Positions 57,625 through 64,000 of a stretch of 64,000 nucleotides of DNA are shown here, piece by piece; position 1 is the stretch's first letter, and every line of letters begins with the position of its first letter. Below the pieces are notes generated by a model, which saw nothing but the letters and a program-made list of their open reading frames with translations, made no database searches and had not been told where the DNA came from. The translations under genes and the position numbers were made by a program. This DNA comes from Flaccisagitta enflata (Eukaryota), in contig OZ231126.1 of assembly GCA_965153355.1 (NCBI GenBank), forward strand, positions 23,808,001 through 23,872,000. The letters are read 5' to 3'.

Positions 57625-58516
57625 CTTTGAGACAGCTGCCCTACCTTCAAATTTGAAACCGAATCGTACAGCATTTTGCCCTGTGTTTATCGATACGAAA
57701 TGATTTCGCGAGACACGTAAACCGCATTTCCTTAACTCAAGAAGATAAACTATTCAGATTCAAATAAAACGTGCTTTTCCATTGAATTGTTGTAGTTAGT
57801 ATTTATTTTCAAATGACTAATTGGTATTTCAAGCAGATTGTTCATTTGAGCTCCAGACCATTGGTTCCATTTTTGGTAAATCAACGTTTCGGTTCACTGA
57901 AAGAGAAAATATGCATTGCATAAATTTACTGAATTTACAGTGTGTTCCTGTGGTCTGTGGTTTGAATACACCGTATAAGCCGTATCAGAGAAAAACTATC
58001 GTAAATTCTTGGAAACGACAATAACAAAGAAGTGGTACCCAGTTACAAGGCTCATATTTCATCAGTCATTAAAGATTTAGCTTCCCTAGCCTTTAAAAAA
58101 GTATAAATATTTGCGCAAATTAATGCCGAGATATTTTCTACATTCCTGTTCCAAAATACAAGCTAGAACAGAAAAGGATCTGACCTCAGAAATGAGGCTA
58201 AATTCAGCCAAAAACGTACGACTGAAAAAGCGAGATGATGCTCCCTTCAACAAGTCGGGAAAAGATTAAAATATTGAAAAAATGTGTAAAACACAAGATG
58301 TTGGGTACAAACAAACAAACAAACAAAAATCCTCGGAAAAAATGACATATAAAATGACACATAAAATGACATATACAATGACATATAAAAATCATTTCAA
58401 TGGGGGCGGCGCTAATTAAATGAAATACGGTAAGTAAAGAGCCAAATTGACTGTGGATTGCAAATTACCTTCTGGTAACCGGACCATTCCATAAACCGTA
58501 TCAATCCTGGTCTTGG

Positions 58517-58679
58517 TCACTGCCTTTTTTGTCCAAAAATGAAGCCATGATGGCCTTCTTTTTTTTCTTCGCGTCTTTCCTCGCGTTTATTACCAAAGAA
58601 AAGGTTCTGCCTTTTTTGTCCATCCAGAGGTTGCAACATCTGCATGGCATCCCTCCGTCTTCGAGCAAGGGCAAGTTGC
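58517..58679 (-). CDS. Secreted prepropeptide B, exon 2 (QLALARRRRDAMQMLQPLDGQKRQNLFFGNKREERREEKKEGHHGFIFGQKRQ*); alternative in-frame acceptor at 58691
   Basis: Pyrimidine-rich tract followed by tatctag| acceptor, phase-compatible with exon 1. Furin-type RRRR and three G-[QN]-KR units. Confidence 0.62.
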
Positions 58680-58862
58680 CTAGATAGGGGGCTTTGACAC
58701 GAAATGATAGAAACAGAATAAATGATTTTGTATACGCCGTGCAGCATGCAGTTGAGAAGGGGGCGGCAAAGCTCCGAATGGCCATCCAATAGATAGAACG
58801 ACTGATTTTGATAAAGACTCACTGAAATGTTGCTATGTCGAGAAGTTACTCGATCTACTCAC

Positions 58863-58963
58863 CCAATTTCGTCCGCTTGCCGATGATTCGCGTTGTCATC
58901 CTGATGCGATGATGCTATGATGATCAAGATGAGGAAGATGAGCATCGTTGCAGCGAATTTCAT
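58863..58963 (-). CDS. Secreted prepropeptide B, signal-peptide exon (MKFAATMLIFLILIIIASSHQDDNANHRQADEI-G)
   Basis: aagATGA start, classic MK + hydrophobic signal peptide in non-repetitive DNA, strong donor GG|gtgagt (phase 2). Confidence 0.72.
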
Positions 58964-59220
58964 CTTCTTAAACGTACTTACAAAAAAATCACGAAACCTG
59001 CTAAAGTCTGTTGAAAGAGGTAGAGTTGTTCAGTAAGACCTTTGTTGTTGTTTTAGAATGGTTGCTTAGGAACGTCAGTGTTTGTAAACATTAGCGAAGT
59101 GATGATTCATTTTACTTGTGCATGTAAACGGTATATAAATCTATATATACAGTATAAGAGCAAAAATCCTGTGCGTGTGCTATGGTTGGCATAATTTAGA
59201 GGTCCTTTTTGTTGTTGTGG

Positions 59221-59320
<100 letters not shown>

Positions 59321-59818
59321 AAGGACCCTTCTGTTTGGCAAATCGGTCTATGTATTCTTTGCCTCTCTCTGATTTGGAGAGTAAACCTTACCGAGTGGAA
59401 GCTGATGTGATTTGGTAATTGTATGAGTTTTCTAGGATGAATTGTTGCACATGTCACAATGAAGCCGGGTGGGAGCTTATCTATCGCGAGAAGCTATTCC
59501 GAGCTATTCCGAAAGGCATCATAAAGATGATCGCCGGACAATCGACAACAACAACAACGACGACTAAAACAACAAGAACAAGAACAACAAGAACAAGAAC
59601 AACAAGAACAAGAACAACACCAACAACAACAACAAAAACAACAATAACAATAACAAGGCCGGATACACGGCCATCAGTTGCGGACGGGTGGGCAGGGGCG
59701 GATATGCGCGTTTTCACACTTTTCGACTCGTGTCCACGGACCGACCAACGGACCAACAAACCAACTGACGGACAAAGCCTCTTAAAGAGTTGCGTGTCCG
59801 CAACTAAAAATAGCAGCC

Positions 59819-59911
<93 letters not shown>

Positions 59912-59913
59912 GC

Positions 59914-59971
<58 letters not shown>

Positions 59972-60793
59972 GGGCAAAAAACTCGGTTTATATAGGAGAA
60001 AAAAATGCACAACCTCCTCTCTCTCTCCCCATCATGATCGTTTTCACACGGGTTGCTAGTTCTCACTCCTGTGATTCGGCTAATAATCTTGTCCTCATTA
60101 GGCTGTCCTCATTGTCCTCATTAGGCTGTCTCAACTCAACTCTCGCAAAGTAATTCGGCGAGAATAAAGAGTCAATAACTGTCGCAATCTCGTCGTTAAG
60201 GTGGGACTAATGCTAATTCCAATCTTTTTTCTTTTCTTTTTCTTTTTTTTTGTCGGCTTTGAGATCAACTTGAAAAGAAGAGTAGGGTGGAGAAAATGAA
60301 AGAAAAGATTTTGGTGAGGCTTTTGAAGTCTTAACTTTTAGTTAATGTAAGTTTTAATACAACTCAAACTTCCTGGAAAAGACGCTTTGTCCGTTGATCC
60401 ATCCGTTTGTCCATCCATCGGTTCAAGCATCCGTTGGTTCGTCCATCCATCGGTTTGTCCGTCTGTCGCTTGGTCACGCTCAAGTTGAACAGTGTGAAAA
60501 ACAAGCCCGGACACACGGCTACCCCAGTCGCGTGCGGGTGGGCAGGAGCAGTGCTGGAAAAGGTCACTAGAGCATGTGGGCAGGAGCAGTAGGCTCAAAA
60601 AGCTCAAAAAACGCCAAAAAAGTAAAAATGGGACCAACCGACCGACCGACCAACCAACTGACCGACCGAATGACGGACCGACATAGCGGGGTGCAGAGTC
60701 GCGTAGCACGCGACTAATAACAGGGTTCCACTACTCCCCAGCAACACCAAAATCGACAACAATCATATCAACAACAACAACAACAACGACAAG

Positions 60794-60903
<110 letters not shown>

Positions 60904-60979
60904 CGCCGAAGGAAAACGTCAAAACGGAATTGCCTCAATCCATTTTCTATCATGAAAAATTCAAACGCGCTTCTTAGCA

Positions 60980-61371
60980 TTCGGCTTCGACCTGGATTCG
61001 TCCTTGATTCGGCGGCGATTCGGCCGCTTTCCGGCCGCGAATCGGCCTCGACTGCGGCCGCGGTTTAACCGCGATTTTGCCGCCACTCGGCCATGATTTG
61101 GCCGTGATTCAATCGCGATTTAGTCGCGATTCGGCGTCGACTGCGTCCGCGACTTTGATGCGATTCTGTTACAATTTGGTCGCGATTCGGCTACGACTGC
61201 CGCCGCGATTTGGCGTCGAGCTGTCGACTGTTTCCGCGATTTGGCTGCGATTCTGCTGCGAATCTGCTGCGAATCTGCCGTGATTTGGTCATGATTTGGC
61301 CTCTATTCGGCTATGACTGCTTCCGCGATTTGGCGTCGAGCCATCTACTGCGTCCGCGATTTGGCTGCGAT
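60980..61371. repeat. GC-rich degenerate tandem repeat (cgcgatttggc.../gattcggc...), resuming at 63431-63530
   Basis: The same motifs occur on both sides of the hAT insertion. Confidence 0.7.
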
Positions 61372-63430
61372 CAGGGTGTCACAAAATTTTTTGCTTCCTA
61401 CGAGCAAAATTTCTCCAAGTGTTCCTTCCTACTGGAAGTGCGTATGATTACCGCTTGTTGAACACCTTGTGTTACATGATGTACCATATTTTTTATAATT
61501 AGCGCCCCAGGCGCTTTTGATATTAGATAGTCGGGGAATGTAAGCGAATGAAAACCATTTGAAAAAAAAAACGTTTTATTGCCGGGTTTTATTGGTTCTT
61601 TTCAAAGAAATTTTGAAAAAAACTGACGAAAGTGTTTTTTTTTTAAATTTTGCCCCAATATCTAAGATTTCATTAAAAGCTGTAATTCTAACCTTTTTTA
61701 AAAACTTTAAATAACATTCAGAGTAATATCTTTCATCTTCAAGTCTTCAACATCTTGTATCTTCATATCAAAACTAAATAAATAATTGGTAATGCTATCT
61801 GACAAGGTGAGTGACGACATACTTAAAACAATGACAGAATTGTCAACAGTGAAATTGACAGCTTACAGTAGTCAATCGGATGGTATATGCATAGTGACAT
61901 AAGTGACTTGGTATATATCTAACACTGACAATGATTCTCAAAGTGATACTTGCATTTATTCATTTTACTTTTAGCAATGGCACTGGCATGATTTACGTCA
62001 CATGCACAACTGTGATTGATACAAAATTCTTTTTTGATTGGTTTTGTATTCATCAAAATTGGGGAATTATTTTCGATCCATATCAATCTTAAAAGCTGAG
62101 ATCTTGGAAATCAACTACTTGCTAATGATGTTCTTTGTGTCCAGTCACTACTAGAAAAATAAGTTCAGTTTCTGTGAGCAATGATGCAAGTACAAAATAG
62201 GTTCAATATCCTCAATGTCTTACAAACATCTCAACCTCATAGCAATCCTTTTAGAATGCTTTAAAATAGTATACACATGTAGAGTATGGTTGGAAAAGGT
62301 CATTTGTAGGTAATGCGCTATTAAGTTTTGAAAAACACCAAGCTTTGAAAAAAAACCTGATAAAAAACGGTTTTTAGTCGCGTGCACGCGACTCTACAAC
62401 CCGCTTTGTCTGTTGGTCGGTCGATCGGTTGGTCGGTTGGTTGTTCACACTTTACCTTTTTTATTATCTTATTTCTTTGACCTCACTGCTCCTACCCAAA
62501 TGATATGGTAACCTCAAATATGGCCCCTGCCCACCCGCACGCGACTTGGGTAGCCGTGTATCCGGCCTTTTTTTAAATAAACTGGGTTTATTTGGGTTTT
62601 TTTCAAAATTTTTTTTTTTTTTTACATTCCTTGTAGATAGTGACATTGCTCGAGGTTCGGATTTGAGCCTTAAGGCGGGGGATTTGAGCCTTGAGGCTGG
62701 GATTTTTAAGGCTTGATTTTCTTTTGAACTAGGATTTCATCTAAACAAACAAGCGTTTTTAAGAAGGCTTTACATACAGAAGGAAAAAAACACATTGCGC
62801 CTTTCTTCCTCCTTCCTTCCATCCTTCTTTCTTAATTCCTTCCTTCTTTCTTTCCTTCCTTCCTTTGTTCTTTCCCTCCTTTCTCTATAAACAGGAGGAG
62901 AAAAACTTTTTCTGCCTTTCTTCCTCCTTCCTTCCTTTCTTCCTTCCTTCCTTCCTTCCCCTTCCTTCTTTCTTTCTATGTAAACAAGAGGAAAAAACTT
63001 TTTTTGTTTTTCTTCTTCCTTCCTTCCTCCCTTCTTTTCCTCCTTTATAAACAAAAGAACAAATTTTTTTCTGCCTTTCTTCCTCCTAACCTCCTTCCTT
63101 CTTTCCTCCCTTCTTTCCTTCCTTCCTTGCTTCCTTCCTTATCTCCTTTCTTTACAAACAAGAGGAAAAAATTTTTCTGCCTTTCTTCTTCCTACCTTCC
63201 TTCCTTCCTTCCTTCCTTCCTTCATTCCTTCTTTCTTTCCTTCTTTTTTTCCTTTCCTTCCTTTTCCCTCCTTTTCCTTCCTTTTCCCTCCTTTTCCTTC
63301 CTTTTCCCTCCTTTTCCATTCTTTTCTTCTTCTTCTTTTTTTCTTTCTTTCCTTCCCCCTTTGCTTCCTACCAGCCTAGCTAGCTTCCTACGAGCGCCGC
63401 TCGCGTGCTCGGGCACTTTGTGACACCCTG
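61372..63430. mobile_element. Non-autonomous hAT-like element
   Basis: TIR cagggtgtcacaaa / tttgtgacaccctg, perfect 8-bp TSD gctgcgat, subterminal gcttcctacgagc motifs at both ends. Confidence 0.88.
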
Positions 63431-63857
63431 GCTGCGATTCTGCTGCCAATCTGCTGCGAATCTGCTGTGATTTGGGCGTGATTCGGCCGCGACTTGGCAA
63501 AGATTCGTCCTCAACTACGGCATCCATTTCTGTGTCCTGTATCTTATTGTTCGTTTCCGCCTCCGTTTCCCTATTTTGACGAAGAATTTCCGTGTTCCCA
63601 AGTCTTAGGCGAAGACAAGGAACACGGATTCGCTAGTCACACGTCTTCGAGCAGTGGCGTTGCGGTGGTGAAAAGGAACTTAAAAGAAAAAAAAAAAAAC
63701 ATTTGACCAAAGGCAGTCATGGAGCGAGTAACCTGTGGTAACAATATCGTCAAGCGATATCGAGCAAGCAACTGTCAAACTAAGCCCACAAGCTTCAATC
63801 AACAACAAAAACTCGGGCCTTATCACGCGCTGCGCCACAAATCCACATTAGTATTGA

Positions 63858-63892
<35 letters not shown>

Positions 63893-64000
63893 AAAAAGAA
63901 ACCGATATAACTCGTATCCATTTTTGATATCATATTTAAGTAGTTTATCCACAAATTCGTGTTTATAGCATCTCTCGCGATGAGATTTGTAGCAACAGCA

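Noticed and set aside
58501-58785. Alternative frame with CRCC motif (NLPLLEDGGMPCRCCNLWMDKKGR)
   Set aside because: It needs an extra exon with a 41-nt intron and a weak GTATAC donor. The KR-repeat frame joins exon 1 directly. Not fully excluded.

Overview
Repeat-dense eukaryotic (most likely invertebrate animal) genomic DNA. It is dominated by microsatellites, minisatellites, many short Helentron-like non-autonomous elements and several non-autonomous DNA transposons or MITEs with readable terminal inverted repeats (TIRs) and target-site duplications (TSDs). These include hAT-, MULE-, Tc1/mariner-, Chapaev-, Transib- and Academ-like types, often nested. Almost all ORFs in the supplied track are repeat artefacts. 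Three spliced genes can be reconstructed by hand. (1) A two-exon NAT16/histidine N-acetyltransferase-like GNAT gene on + (17457-17922 + 18869-19578), carrying an in-frame (TCT)n poly-Ser insertion. (2) A small secreted prepropeptide gene on - (14870-14809, 14670-14624, 13831-13662), head-to-head with the GNAT. It has a signal peptide, GKR and RR sites and a disulfide-bridged, probably amidated C-terminal peptide. (3) A second prepropeptide gene on - (58963-58863, 58679-58517) with an RRRR site and KR-flanked (L/F)xFG-(N/Q) peptides. The two peptide precursors are not recovered intact by the ORF track, match no family I can name with confidence, and are the most interesting content. No database search was possible, so all family assignments are from motif recognition.
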